Positions 25,267 to 38,300 of a stretch of 64,000 nucleotides of DNA are shown here, in pieces. Below the pieces are notes generated by a model that was given only the letters and a program-made list of their open reading frames with translations, had not been told where the DNA came from and did no database searches. Where the stretch lies: NCBI GenBank assembly GCA_905178155.1, contig CAJINV010000013.1:858344-922343 (forward strand), given 5' to 3'. Positions within the stretch are counted from its first letter, which is position 1. Each line of letters starts with the position of its first letter. This stretch comes from Amoebophrya sp. A120. Its lineage: Eukaryota > Protista > Dinoflagellata. Made by a program: the position numbers and the translations under genes.

Positions 25267-25891
25267 CATCGATGTTATTGGTTTACATGTTGACGAGAGT
25301 CGGAGTTTTAGGCTGAAGTGCGAGAAGTGCGATCATTCGTGCGTAATAAGATTGCGTGGCGATGCGTATCTAGCCATAATTCGTTCGCTCAAAAATAATT
25401 TACAGCAAGAATTGGCAGCAGTAAAGGAACTCAAGAACCAGCTATACAAGATTCAGAACGAGAGTAAGCGTATTCGCGACGAACTAAGTAAATTGCGTAC
25501 ACAAACCGGGACTCGTGAGTCTGGTATCCGCGTCAGCCCTCCAAAAATTAAGGTTACTGACGACGGTTTAGCATGGGAGCGTCGTAGAATGAGCGACCTC
25601 GTTCCCATCGTAGTGAGCGTTGACGTGGGCGCATATCTTAATTCTGAGTGCGGCAAATGTAAAGCCAAAGCTTGCTCTCGGGCCGTGAGTACTCGTTTAG
25701 AAGCTGTGGCTTTGGATTTGAAAGAGGAACTTCGTACGAGTCAACAAGAGGCAACGAGATTAACGCCTCGCATCGTAGAACTGGAAAGGGAAACTCGCCA
25801 ATTGAAAACCATCATCGTGAATCTCGAAGCTAGGCTATTTGCGCGCGGCGAGTTTGTGTTGCGCAACAGCCCGCCCAAGTCGGCGTCTTGA
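25241..25891 (+). CDS. Tandem (CxxC plus coiled-coil)x2 protein (accessory ORF)
   Basis: Two modules: CEKCDHSC plus heptads, and CGKCKAKAC plus heptads. ATG at 25241. Confidence 0.65.
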   Translation: MKIEYVSDSIDVIGLHVDESRSFRLKCEKCDHSCVIRLRGDAYLAIIRSLKNNLQQELAAVKELKNQLYKIQNESKRIRDELSKLRTQTGTRESGIRVSPPKIKVTDDGLAWERRRMSDLVPIVVSVDVGAYLNSECGKCKAKACSRAVSTRLEAVALDLKEELRTSQQEATRLTPRIVELERETRQLKTIIVNLEARLFARGEFVLRNSPPKSAS

Positions 25892-26360
25892 ATCATCACA
25901 AAGCAGATTCCTCTCCTTGTTTTTTTTCACAACAAACACACAGAGTTCTCTTGATAAAGAGCGCTACATTATATGTTCATCACTATGGAAGCAACTTGTT
26001 TTCTAGTAATATTTTTATGCGCTAGCTTTGTCTCGGTCACTAACATCTTGCACGAGGTAGAGCACGAAGTACAGCAGCGATAGCATGTAGGTGGAAGTCC
26101 TAGCAGCTGCTTCTGTGGGTTTATGTTGCTTACTGCTTTTTAGAGAGTATCAATATTACACTAAGATAAGAGAACTTCGCCGCTGAGTACGCGTCGCAGA
26201 AGGGTGCAATAATTTAATTCCTTATCGGGTATATGAGTGTTGCCCTGGAATTACCGTGGCGAATTTTAAGTATAGCCCCCAGATGAAAATTTTATTTTTC
26301 TTGTCGTCCGGAACCGCTACCATCTCGCATTTTAATCAACCCCCAGAATAATTAAGAGCG

Positions 26361-29300
26361 ATGAGTAAAGATACCCTTCCAATTGCTGGAGGCGCTGCTA
26401 GCGAGCAGCCTGCAGATCGCGCTCCTGACCAAGAAATTGCTGAAGCTCCGGTTCTCACGGGGGTGGCAGAGGCTCCGGCGGAACCCGCCGAGCTGCCCCA
26501 GCAGACGCGGGGAACAACAGAGGAACCCGCTACGACTAGCTCGTCTACAGCGGGGAGTGCACCGTTGCAGCAGCCGGATGCTCCCGCTCCCAAACCAAAA
26601 AGCAGTCAGTCAGCGCCTGCGACCAGCCCGTCTCCGAAGGCTACACCCAAAGCAGCCGCGAGCTCGGCCAATAAGAACCCACCGAGTATGACCAAGGCGG
26701 GAAAGAACAAGACGACATCCACAGGAGGGGCATCGTCCAGCTCCGCCGTCGCCTCTGCTGCGAGCACTGTTAAACATAACATCCTCCCTGCGCAATCCGA
26801 AATCGATTGGAGTGTGGTCGCAGATAAACTCCCGTCGAAAGAAGTCGAACCATGTATCGACTACTTCATAGGACATGCGATCCTGCCGTCTCTAGATCTG
26901 CGTCGCGATGGGCGCGACTACACTCTGGCGCAAGTGGATGCGGCTCTGAGGATGACGGACGACGAATTGTCGGCGTTGTACGAAAAAGGGCAATGGGAGC
27001 AGAAGCCCCAAGAATGGAATGTCTTCAATATGGTGGGGGCGAGAGGCATGTATGAGTTTTGCGATGTATGAGCCTCATACATCGCAAAACTCATACATCA
27101 TACATCGAAGATTTGAGGAGAGCGCGACGGTTTCCGTGTGCGATGTATAATGTGCCGCACATGGTCCAGTGTATGATGTGCGACGTATGATACATTGATG
27201 CGTCATACATTGCAAATTGGATACATCAATGTGCGACGTATGATACATCGCACATTGATGTATCATACATTGCAAATTGGATACATCAATGTACGATGTA
27301 TGATACATCGTGCATTGATGTGTCATACATTGCAAATTGGATACATCAATGTACGATGTATGACACGTCGCACATTGATGTATCATACATTGCAAACTGG
27401 ATACATACATACATACACGTTCCACGCGGCTCTGCGAGAGGTTTGTGGTGCTCTAAATTTGACCCTGTCTCCCGGAAAGCGATCCACCCAACGTAGTACG
27501 GGCGAGCAAGGGTGTGAAGGAACCCTCTGCGTTCGTGATGTGGACGAACGCCGCAAGAGGTGAACAAGGATCCTGGAGGTGCCTGGGCCGCCCTTTGCTG
27601 GGGGGGGCGACTTAGAGCGCACCGGCGGGCTCTATATCCATGCTCCTGATGGCCGCATCAATGCGTCTTCGCTACGAGCGTCGTGTTGATTGATTTTGCC
27701 ACGATCTTTCAATGTCGGCGGCGGGCTACAAGCCTTGTGCCGCGTTCATCGTGCATCCTGTATTCTAGCGGATGCTACTGCTCCATCTCTCCACAGATAG
27801 AGAGAGGAGGGGGGGAATCTACTACGAGCAGGCCCCCCGATGCCAGGGCAGCCTCTACGGCAGCAACCCGGAGGGCAGACGCGGACGCACGGGAAAGGCG
27901 CAGGGACCAGCCCTGCGAGGGCATTGCATGCGTCAACGCGCGTAAGTAAGAGCGATGGGGGGCGCAGCCCAATCCTTCGGACGCGGGCCCATGGCTTTCA
28001 GGTGCTTGCTAGGTGGCAGGGAGGCGCATGGCAGTCGCGGGCCTTCGTGTCTCGCACATCTTTGCGCGCTCGCTGCGTGGCCCTGTATTGGCGTCCCGTT
28101 GTCGTATGCTCCGGGGCTGCACACGCAACCGATCGGATGCGACGGGCATGCCACAGGGGAGGCTACAGGGGCGTGGGCAATGTTTTTAGACGCTGAAGGC
28201 GGCGCGCGATGGTCTAGCTGCGAGCTAGACCTGCTGCGACGAGCGTTCCACGGACCGAACTAGGCCAGATGCTCCACAGGCCTCGCGTAGCTGAGGCGGA
28301 TACATTGTCTCACTCTGAGCGCGTTGCCAGTCGGTCCTGGCATCTGCTGGGTCCTAAAGACAGACCAAGCACTTTTGTGCTCCGAGCACATGGGCTCCCT
28401 TCCCTACAAGGGCGGGATGCAAATTGGATACATCAATGTGCGATGTATGATACACTGTACATTGGTGTATCATACATTGCAAATTGGATACATCAATGTA
28501 CGACGTATGACGCATTGATGTATCATACATCATACATTGATGCTTCATACATTGTGCATGGATGTGTCACATTGCAGAATTTGCGATGTATGATGTATGA
28601 TGTATGATGTACGAGGTACCTACCGCGCAGAATTTGCGATGTATGATGTATGATGTAGGAGGTACATACATCGCAGAATTTGCGATGTATGATGTATGAT
28701 GTACAATGTTCGAAAGGTCGTTCTCCTCAAATCTTCGATGTATGATGTATGAGTTTTGCGATGTATGAGGCTCATACATGAGGCTCATACATCGCAAAAC
28801 TCATACATGCCTCTCGCCCCCACCATACCCAATGTCTTTGCGGAGGTATTTTTGTGGTTAAACATTATTAAGGAGTCGTTGTATGGTGGGACAAACCTTC
28901 ACCCTTTCCTCATTTTATAAGTGAACCACTACCCTTCTAATTGTTGTTAATTTTTATAACTATGATAATTGCAATTCTGCACTCGGTCTGGTGGCAGCTC
29001 CATTTCTTCCGCTTTCGTCGTTGTTTTTATCCGTTCACCATCGTCGATCTCGATAGCAAGAGAAGAAATTGCTATTCATTTTGCATCGTCGTGTTCTCGT
29101 TTCGTCGTCGGTTTTTCGTCGTCACAGCCATCGAATCGTTGGACGGGACGGAGACGGCGCGAACCGGATTGGATGAAGCCGATGATGGGCAACCGCACTT
29201 GAAAGATGATTGAAGTTTTGTTTTTGATGAGCAGACATCTATTTTGTTTTGACTGCACTGCGAATCGCCTGGATTAAATCAAGCCGAAAGACACATTGAC

Positions 29301-32300
29301 ATTTTATCAAAACGAAGTTGAAGACGAAAAGTGAAAAACAAAATGAAGAACAGCAAGCAGAATGAAAAGTGGTACGATGCCGAACAGACGCAAGGCAGTC
29401 GCAGTCTGGTCGTATCTGTCGAGCGTGTTGAAAATCTTCACCGCTCCGCCCACATCCGCCGCGTTCTCCATCGTGGTTCGTTTTGATTGCGCAAGCTGCC
29501 TGTAGGATTTAGATTTTTGTAGTCGTAGTCTTGTTGTAGTTGTACTTGGCCAATGTGTCGGTTTTGGTTTTGGGTCGGAACTACGAACCAGCTAGCATTT
29601 GCGGTTCAGATTTTTTGCGTCTTACTCTTAATCGTTTTTACGCCTTCGCTCTCAGCTCCAAACTAAAAGTAAAAGTTTACAGCACTGTCGAGCTTCAAGC
29701 TGAGCACAAAAGTTAGGAACTAGATGTAGTCTTTTTCTCATCGTTTTATGTTTGTCGAAAATCGAAATCGAGGTTTACTTTGGTATACCTCGTGGGTCGT
29801 GGTCGGAGTGTCGTCAGCTCGTTGTGGGAAAGTAGATCGCGAGTTGCTCGGAGGACATCGGGACGGGGTCGTGAGTTGTAGAGTTGTATCGTGGTCGTGT
29901 TTTTTGTTCTCGCTCGCGTTAGGACCTTCGACATCGAACAGCTAGCACGAACTAGTACGGGCCTAGACTTCGAAATAGAGCTACAGCTGCAGCAGTCTCT
30001 CTTTCGTTTTTTTCTTCTTCTCACCCTGGCAGCTGACTATGGATTTCATACGTCCGTAAGCCTAGCACTAGTTTTACACTTTTCGCTCGATGTCGACCAT
30101 AGATTTTGATTTACGTTTGCGTTTAGATTTGAAAAAGCTTTCAGCTTTACAGTTTTAGGCCAGAAGAAAAAAAACGGAAGCATCATGGTGCCTCCTCCGC
30201 AGTATGGCGAGGATGTGCTGTCAACTTCTGGTGCGAGGTTTGCGCATCTCCAGAAGTTGCTCGTTTTCTATCATCCTGTTGCCCCGCAACCCGCCGTAGA
30301 TCGTGCTGCTGTCGAAGTTGGGCTCGTGGCCAGGGAGAAACAAATCGGAAAACCAAAAACGAAAACGAAAACAGGCGATAACAAGGTTGCAGGATCAGAA
30401 GGCGAAGACGAGGCAGTCGCAGTTCCGACGAAAGACACGCTGCGAAAACGGTACGACGTGTGGATGAAGGAAAGTCCCGCGATGCGGTGGGAGGACTTCG
30501 CTCGGATTCAGTGCAAAAAATTCGGAGCACCGTACTCCCGCGAAGAAGAAAACCAAACCCAGGGCGAAAGCCTACTTTCTCAGCTCGTAGGCACGGATGC
30601 GGAGCAATCGCAGCAACAAAAACAACGACCTACTGGCACTGCGGCAAATGCTTCTTCTTTTCGCGCAGCGATGAACCCGTCGCTGCAGATCGCCGCCCAA
30701 TCATCGCGCGACAACTACCTGCGAAAGCTGCAAGATGAGCGGCCCAAGGAGCATCTGTGGTACACTTTGGGAAAAAGCGGTGGAACGGCGCGAGCGCGGA
30801 ACAAGACGGTGCAAATAACCCGCGACGCGAGCACGCACAGTCGCCACACGAAGACGACCCAAGGTGCCAAGCTGCGGGTCGTGCATGGAAAAGCAAAGTC
30901 ATCTTCTTCAAATGCGCGAGCACTGTGTCCGCGACGGAAGAAGCAGGTCGTGGCTCAGCGCCGGCGTGGAGACGTCGCGATGGATGAAGAAGACGACTTG
31001 CTTGAAGACGACAACCCGAACCCGCCAGCACGAAAAGATCCGGACGAGCTGACGGACTGCTTGACCGAAATTTCCGAAACGGACACGTCGTGCATCGAGT
31101 CCAGCAGTGACGAAGAAGAGGACAACAGCGCTCAGTCTCAGAGGGATACAAGGCTACACAACAAGCGGAACGCGTTGTTTTCCGATGGTGTGCGGGTCGC
31201 GGCAGGTGGATGGTCGGAAGACAAGGCGAAGAAAACCTGCATCAAAGAAGAAAAAGCAAAGATGAACGAGGATGGGAACGATCGCAAAGAGGCTTCGAGA
31301 GCGGAGCTGCGGTTTTTCGACATCGCGCGGATCTCCTCCCGTGCCCGCATGATGTCGTTTCTCGTCTCTACCGGCGTGGTTGCTGATGATCGAGGAGCGC
31401 GTCCGTCCAAAAATGAAACAAACGAGTCACAGGAAACAACAGGCTCCGGGAGGACAGCATCATCTTCATCTTCATCCGCAAAAGCAAAGCTCGGCTTCGC
31501 AGGGCGGGCAGTTGCAAGAATGCGGGATCTGGTGAGCAGTGGGTATGACGCCGATGATGAACCTGCGTCGCAGATGGACTTGGAAATTGGCGGCTCGCTC
31601 GCAGTTATTCCGGAAGATGAAGAAGGTGTTTTTCTCGACCCGGATACCGGGTTGGAGAAAAACAAAAACGCAAACGGGTTTCGCAGCGTGTCGAAGGAGC
31701 GGATCGGGAAAATGACAACCAAAGCAGCCAACAACATGCAGGGCATCTCGAGTTCCTCCTCTTCAGGTCCGCTGAAGCTGGACCCTGTCACGGGGCTACC
31801 GCTGTCTTCCACGGGAAAACGGCCGCGAGGCAACACGATTGAGACGTTGTTACCGCCACTGGGTAGGTCTACTTCAACTTCTTGCTTTTGGTCTGAGTTT
31901 AATTCTACAACCAGTTGCAAGCGCAACTGGAACTGCTACTGCAAGCATCGTCTAAGAACGAAACTGACATCACTGCGCATGACAAAACGCGCTTACAAGT
32001 TTATGTTTTTCAAAAGCGACTCGCTTTTGAAAAACAAAACCAAAAGCATAGAGCTGAATCAAAACCATTGCGCTTTAGATTTTGTTTTTTGAAAAACAAA
32101 AGCGCGAAGATGAAAACGACATCGACTCTGACGCTGCAAGTGCAACTCGTACTCTTTCTCAAAAATAAAACAAAAACAGATGAAGACGAAGAAGTCGAAC
32201 CCGCTGGCAGCTTGCTTGCTGGAAAGAGCGGAGCCGCATCTGCGGGGCAGGTGCAGACCAGCAGCGTGTTCGTGTTCAATCAGGAGAACCTCGCGCGGGC

Positions 32301-35300
32301 GGATGCGGCGTCGGGTTCAGGCGGTGGCTTCGGGTCTTCTTCATCCTCGCAAGCTGCGGGTGAAGATCTGCAGGCGAGTATGAACGATATGTTCCGCAAT
32401 GCCCGGGAAACAACTAGCGTCTTCGGTGACGCTGTGACGATGGACGAAACGGTGGTGAAAACCGCGGGCCCGACCGGAGAGCTGACAAAAAGCGGGCACC
32501 AGTATGGACCGGGGGTGAAAGAAGATCTCGGACAAAGGGAAAAAAGACCAAGAATCGCGATCAGGTGCAGTCCCGACGCGACTCCATACGACGAGATCAA
32601 AGCCATGAGTTGTTTCATGACTTTGTTCAAGAGCGACTTCCGCGACCCGATGATCGTGTACAGCCACGACGTCGCTCTGCCGACAATCTCCACGGCATCG
32701 GGCGCGGAAAGTTTTCTGCAGGACCTGTACGAAGCTGCGTTTTCGGTGGGTTTTCCGCTGCCGGGAATGTGGTCGAAACTTTGTAGGGTGGGAGGAAAGA
32801 TTTTGAAGTTTCGTCCGTCGTTGATAGTTACCAGCGACAGTGGATCGGATCAGCTGGAGCCGCCCCCGGCGATTTGCTTGCTAAATCCGTGCTATTTTTT
32901 GAAAGTTCCAATCATTTGCGCGAAGCCGCTGCGCCCCCGCGGGGCCACGCGGGGGCACCCGGGCGGCGGTCCGGGGGGCGGCGCCTGTTTTTGAAGCGCC
33001 CTTGGCTAGGGTCGCAAGCGCGCCGGCCGGGACTCCCGCTCTGCAGGCCCGGAGGGCCGGGGCTCCCTCACGCAACGGAGGCCGCCCTTCGTCCGCGCAA
33101 CGGCCGGGGGAGCCTGCCACCCCCTTCGCGCGGGTTATCGTTTTGCTATTTTTTTTGCTATTTTCGCTGCCTGCCAAAAACACAGGGAAATCGCATTGGA
33201 AAAAAAAGTCCGGGGAAATAGCAAGGGCGGGGCAGATTTTTTGGGGAAATTCGGGAGGGGGGCATAGAACGCTAATTAGCAAGGGGAATTAGCACGCGAA
33301 TTAGCAAAGGAATTAGCACGCGAATTAGCAAGGAAATTAGCAAGCAAATTAGCAAGCGAAATAGCAACGAAATTAGCAAGCAAATTAGCAAGGGGGGCCC
33401 GTGGAATCGGGCCAAAAGGGGGGGTGGGAAGTTGGCGCTTTTCGGGGGTTATTTTTCTTTGAAAATTCTTGGACGGGCAAAAAAATAGCCCCGGTTTAGC
33501 ACGGCCGCGGCCGGCACCGGCTCCGACCGAATCGGACGTGAAGAAGGGGGTGAAGTTGATGACGCAGTGGTGCGAGGCGCAGCGGAAGTACGACCCAGAC
33601 GAAAAAAATGGCGAACCGCATTGGACAGTGGCTTGGTTGCAGTGTCAGCTCCACTTGGCGCATATCATGGGCGGAACAATCACCAGCGTAGCGTCGAAGT
33701 TGTTCAGCCTGGACTTTCGCAAAAGCCTGACCGCGGTTTCCAAAGCTGTGAACTTGTGGATTGCGCCGAGGAGAACAGGGAACGACCGCAAAGGGAGGGG
33801 AAAGAAAACAGTGGAGGAGCTGAAGAAAGAGTTGTACGCCGTCGATGCAGAGCAGCAAAAACTGTTGGACGGGATGACAGCGATTGACCGAGAAATCTGG
33901 CACAGCGAGCGGATTCGGAGCGACCCGATCTTGCAGGAAAAGCAGACGAAGCTAGAAGAAAAAATGGAGAAAAACAAAAACCCGGTAAAACGGGTGAAGT
34001 CCTTCGTCCGCACCCGGTGGCTGAGTATCGGGAAGTGCATCAAAGGTCTTTGGACACAGCAGGAGGAGATCAAGGCGCGCATCATGGACCGGACTGATAA
34101 GGATTTACAGGATAAGAGCCGAAAATTTTTACAGCGGGCGAAGAAGGCGATGCTGGCGCCGCTGTGGTGGTCGGGACTGCGGATTCTCCACCTGCTGCTC
34201 ACCGAAATTGACCGGGTTGCTGGTGTTGTTATGCATTCGACCAGCAAGGAGATGGACGGCGCCTCGGTGGAGGCGTTCGTTAAACATCTTCCCAGATGCC
34301 ACTCCGTCGACTTGTGCCAGCGTGTCGGGGAGTTTTTGATTACGCTCGGCGGACTGGTCTATCGCGGCCTCGAAACTGTCGGTCTTGCAGCTCCTTTAGT
34401 CATTTTGTTTTATACATTGACTAAAGAGCTCGACATCCGCCACCGCCCGCTCCGCTCGTGGCCATACCGACTTGCGTTTTTATTTTCGGCGGACCAGAAG
34501 GAACGGCTGCAGACCATCCAGGACTTGTTGAAGGATTGCGAAGACGAGGCTGCTAGAAAAAGCCTTCCGCTGGAAGTTCGGGACTTGTATCGGCTTTTTC
34601 GTCTGGAGCTGAAAATGGTCGCGGAAAAGCTGAAGAAGAAGCAGTACATCGGGTGGAGCCGGGCCTTTGTTCGAAACTTAGCGCCGATTATTCGGGCGTT
34701 TTTGGCTTCGAGCCAAATCGCCGAATCCCTAAACTCCACTACCAGCTGGATCAAGCGCGAAGCTGGTGGCTTAATCGGAATGCTCCTTGCTTCTGCGCGT
34801 TTGTTTACCCGCCGCGGAGCAGGACGGGACGTCGACTTCGAGCAGTATCTCTTCGTCGAGGACAACGCCCGATGCCAGAAAGCAACGATGCAAATCCGAA
34901 AGGAGTTGCTAACCCACGGGATACACGGCGCGCCGCAGATCAGTGATCGGTCGGACCACTTTCTGCGAAACCCAATCAACCCGCAACTCACGCCGGAAGC
35001 GGTTGTTGCGGATTTTTTTGAAGTTTTGAACCGGCCGGACTGCCCGGAGGCGCCGAAGTTGGCCACAGGCGACAAAGCAAAGGGGAAAATTAGGGAAAGG
35101 CAGCAGTACGGCGCCGCGCCGCTGAACATGAAGCTGTTTCCGTTTTCGGTTATGGACATCATCGGCATCCCCAAGTACGACCAAAACAACCGCGCGAGAA
35201 AAGGAGCGGGCGCATCAAACTACTTCGTTTTGGAGAAAATGAAGAAAGACGCGGTGCTGTGCGAGGTGGACATAGTTCACGGCGGGTTGAAGGAGAAGGG

Positions 35301-38300
35301 TCACGAGGTGAGAATGGAGATCGACCTGGACAGCCAGTGCTGGTTCTCGGACGCTATTGGCGCGCGGCGCGAAGACCATCCCTCCAAGGCAGCAAAAAAA
35401 AACTTCAAAAACAAACAGCCGGAACTACGCCCGGTCGTCCTTGATGGCCAAAACATGTTGAAGCACTTTCACATCGACACCAAGCAGCGGCGGAAGTACT
35501 TCCACATTCGACAGACGGAGGAAAGTACGGAGGAGTTTTACTTTCAGCATCGGGTGCGGGCCGATGGAACACCGGATCCAAGTCCAACGGTCTATCCGGG
35601 AAACGAAGCAGAACAGATTTGGATTCGGGGTGAGCTGATCCGCATGGAGTGGAATGATGCCTGTTTGTCGAAGGAAGTGGAAGAAAACAACATCGAGGAG
35701 AAAAAGTTGAAGAAAGCGTTGAAGCAGGACCGGTTGGATTCTCCTACGCGGCGAGCGCGAGAATCAAAGTGGAACCTCGTACCCCTGCGGACCCGCGTCC
35801 CCGAGCTGGCGGTGAGCGGTCTGATTGGTCGCGGATACGCGATCTACCAAATCGAGTCGAAGACGTGGTGGGGCCGGTTGAAGAACGCAGTTCCATTTTC
35901 TCGGGGTAGTGTGCCAGCTGGTAGTGCCGCAGCTGTTGCTCCACCGCAGGTGCCGCCGGACAACAATCCGAAACCCCAACCGAAGCAAACCAAAAAACAG
36001 AAAAAATCAGCTGCAGCAGGCGAAAGTAAATCTGCAGGCGCGAGCGCGCGCGCGGGCGCACAGGTGGGCGCGGGCGTGCGCGCGCACACGCACACGGGCG
36101 CGCAGGCGCACGCACATGTAGGCGCGGGCGCGCAGGCAGGCGCGGACGCGCAGGCGGGCGCGGGCGCGCAGGCGGGCGCGCAGGCGGGCGCGCAGGCGCA
36201 CGTGCACGCGCACCCGCACGTGCACGTGCACGCGCACGCGCAGGCGGGCTCGCAGGCGGGCGCACAGGCGCATGTGCACGCACAGGTGCGTGCGCGTGCG
36301 GACGCGGGCGCGCGCGCGCACGAGGCGGGTGCGAAGATAGTGGGTCGCGCTGGGGCGGAATTGCAATTGCAAGCGGAAGTAGATTCGGAGAATAAAAGCG
36401 GCGGCGACGGACAAGTGAAGAAAACGCCAAACGGCGGCGTTTATCGGGATCGATACTTCGGGGGGAAGAGCAGAGAGGCGCTGGTGAAAAACATGATCGA
36501 GTACGAAAAGGGGTCGAGCGAATCGCACATCGCTCCGGCGGGTGAGGATCTACTATCTGCTACTACGACGCTAACGGCGTATCTGAAGGACAACAAGCTA
36601 GTAGCAAAAAAACAAAAAGGGAGTGACAACATCGAAATGAATTCCGACGACGAAAGCACCTACGAGTCGTCGGGAACCGCCTCTGATTTCGACGAGTCTG
36701 AAACTTCTGATGAAGACTAAAGGGCGGCAGGGCGGGATGCTGAAAGCACTGCTAGCAATGTGCTTCTGATGGAAAACTCGCCGGCACTAGGTCGAGCACT
36801 GCTTCCGCGTAGTGCTAAGTTTTGTTTTGGCACTCACTATCTTGCTTTGAAATTAATTTAGTTTTTCTCCTTGTCCTTCGTGTTAAGCTTGAGACTCAGC
36901 ATCAAGCGAATCCGTCATGCAAAACGAAAACCAAAATTAAAGTGTATACTTTTTTGCTCGATTGAAATAGGTGGAGATAAGCTCCACGCAGTAAGCTCTC
37001 CACCGAGCAAGAGATGAGATTTGGTTACTATTAATGCGCAGGAACTAGGCGAATTCGCATTACAAACCAATAGAATCATGTACAATAAAGCGCTGAACTT
37101 AAGATGCAATAGTTGAATTCAGTACTGCGAGTTGCATCTTTTTTATCTGTACGTGTATGATTTTTGGCTCTAGAGTTTTGACATTTTAATGGTTTCAGGA
37201 TAAAAAAAAGGTAAAAAACGCAGTGAATTTTGTCAGACTAGAGCTAGAATATTGAAAAACAGTTAGTACCTTTGCGAAGATTTCTGGTGTCGTTCGGAGG
37301 TGTTTTAGCTCCGTTTCGCCACTTTCTCGTCCTGCAGATCGAGGCAGATTCGTGTGTTCCAACGGGGAAAATAGATCAGATCGAGGTTGTCCGAGACTGC
37401 AGCGAAGCGTTTCTGTGTTTGTTTTTTGACAGATGTGGGCCGTCTACCGAGGTGAATAGTCATGATGCTCGACGTGAATCGAAGTTGATTTTGTATGATG
37501 AAAAGAGAACCAAAAGACGATGACTCAAAAATTAAATTGTAGGAGAAGTGATCTCCTTCACATTGAAAGAGATGAGGACCACTTCATGAAGTAGACGAGA
37601 CCTCTTTGGAAGTGGAGGGCCTCCCTTTGCCTACAATTTAATTTTTAAATCATCATTTTTGGGATCGTTTCGCACCGTCCAATCTCGACTCATTTCAAGT
37701 TTGAAAGCCGTCTCGTTTTGATTTTTTTCGTCATCATTCACCACCAAAAATACCCTAATAGGAGAAGAAAACCTGATAGAGAATATACGAAGACCAACTG
37801 ATTTGCGACCTATTTTCCATCTCACTCGTGCTGAGTTTTGTGTAAAAAAAGTTGCATCACAGCGCTTTTCCGTGTAAAAAAATACCTATTTTCCACCGAA
37901 TCTTCCTTCAAAATGCCGCTTCCGAACGACAGGGAAGTGGGCGACTTTGTTTCGTTGCTCGATGCGGGCGAGGCTGGTAAGCCTGAGGCCGAGGCGTTTG
38001 TGGCCCGGTTCTCGAAGCTCCCGTTCGACGAAAAAAATCCGAAAGCCATCGAAATTCCCCTGACCGAAGTGCACGTGAAAAAGAGTGGGCGCCATCCGCA
38101 AAACCGCGCTACGAACCCGGACAACCTGAAAACACTGAAACACGCGATGAAAAACAAGGGGAAAAAGGGCGGCTATGAAGGAATGAAAGTCGGTACGTGC
38201 AAACTTTTTTTCGTTTCACATGCGTTTTTCGTTCAAAAGTATTAACGTTCGTCATCATCTCATCGCTCAAGTGTTTCGTTTAAAAATAAAAGCAAACCAT

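Noticed and set aside
27075-28797. Short ORFs such as MYDTSCIDVSY and CMIHQC
   Set aside because: Translations of the 60-bp repeats and palindromes of the fold-back element.
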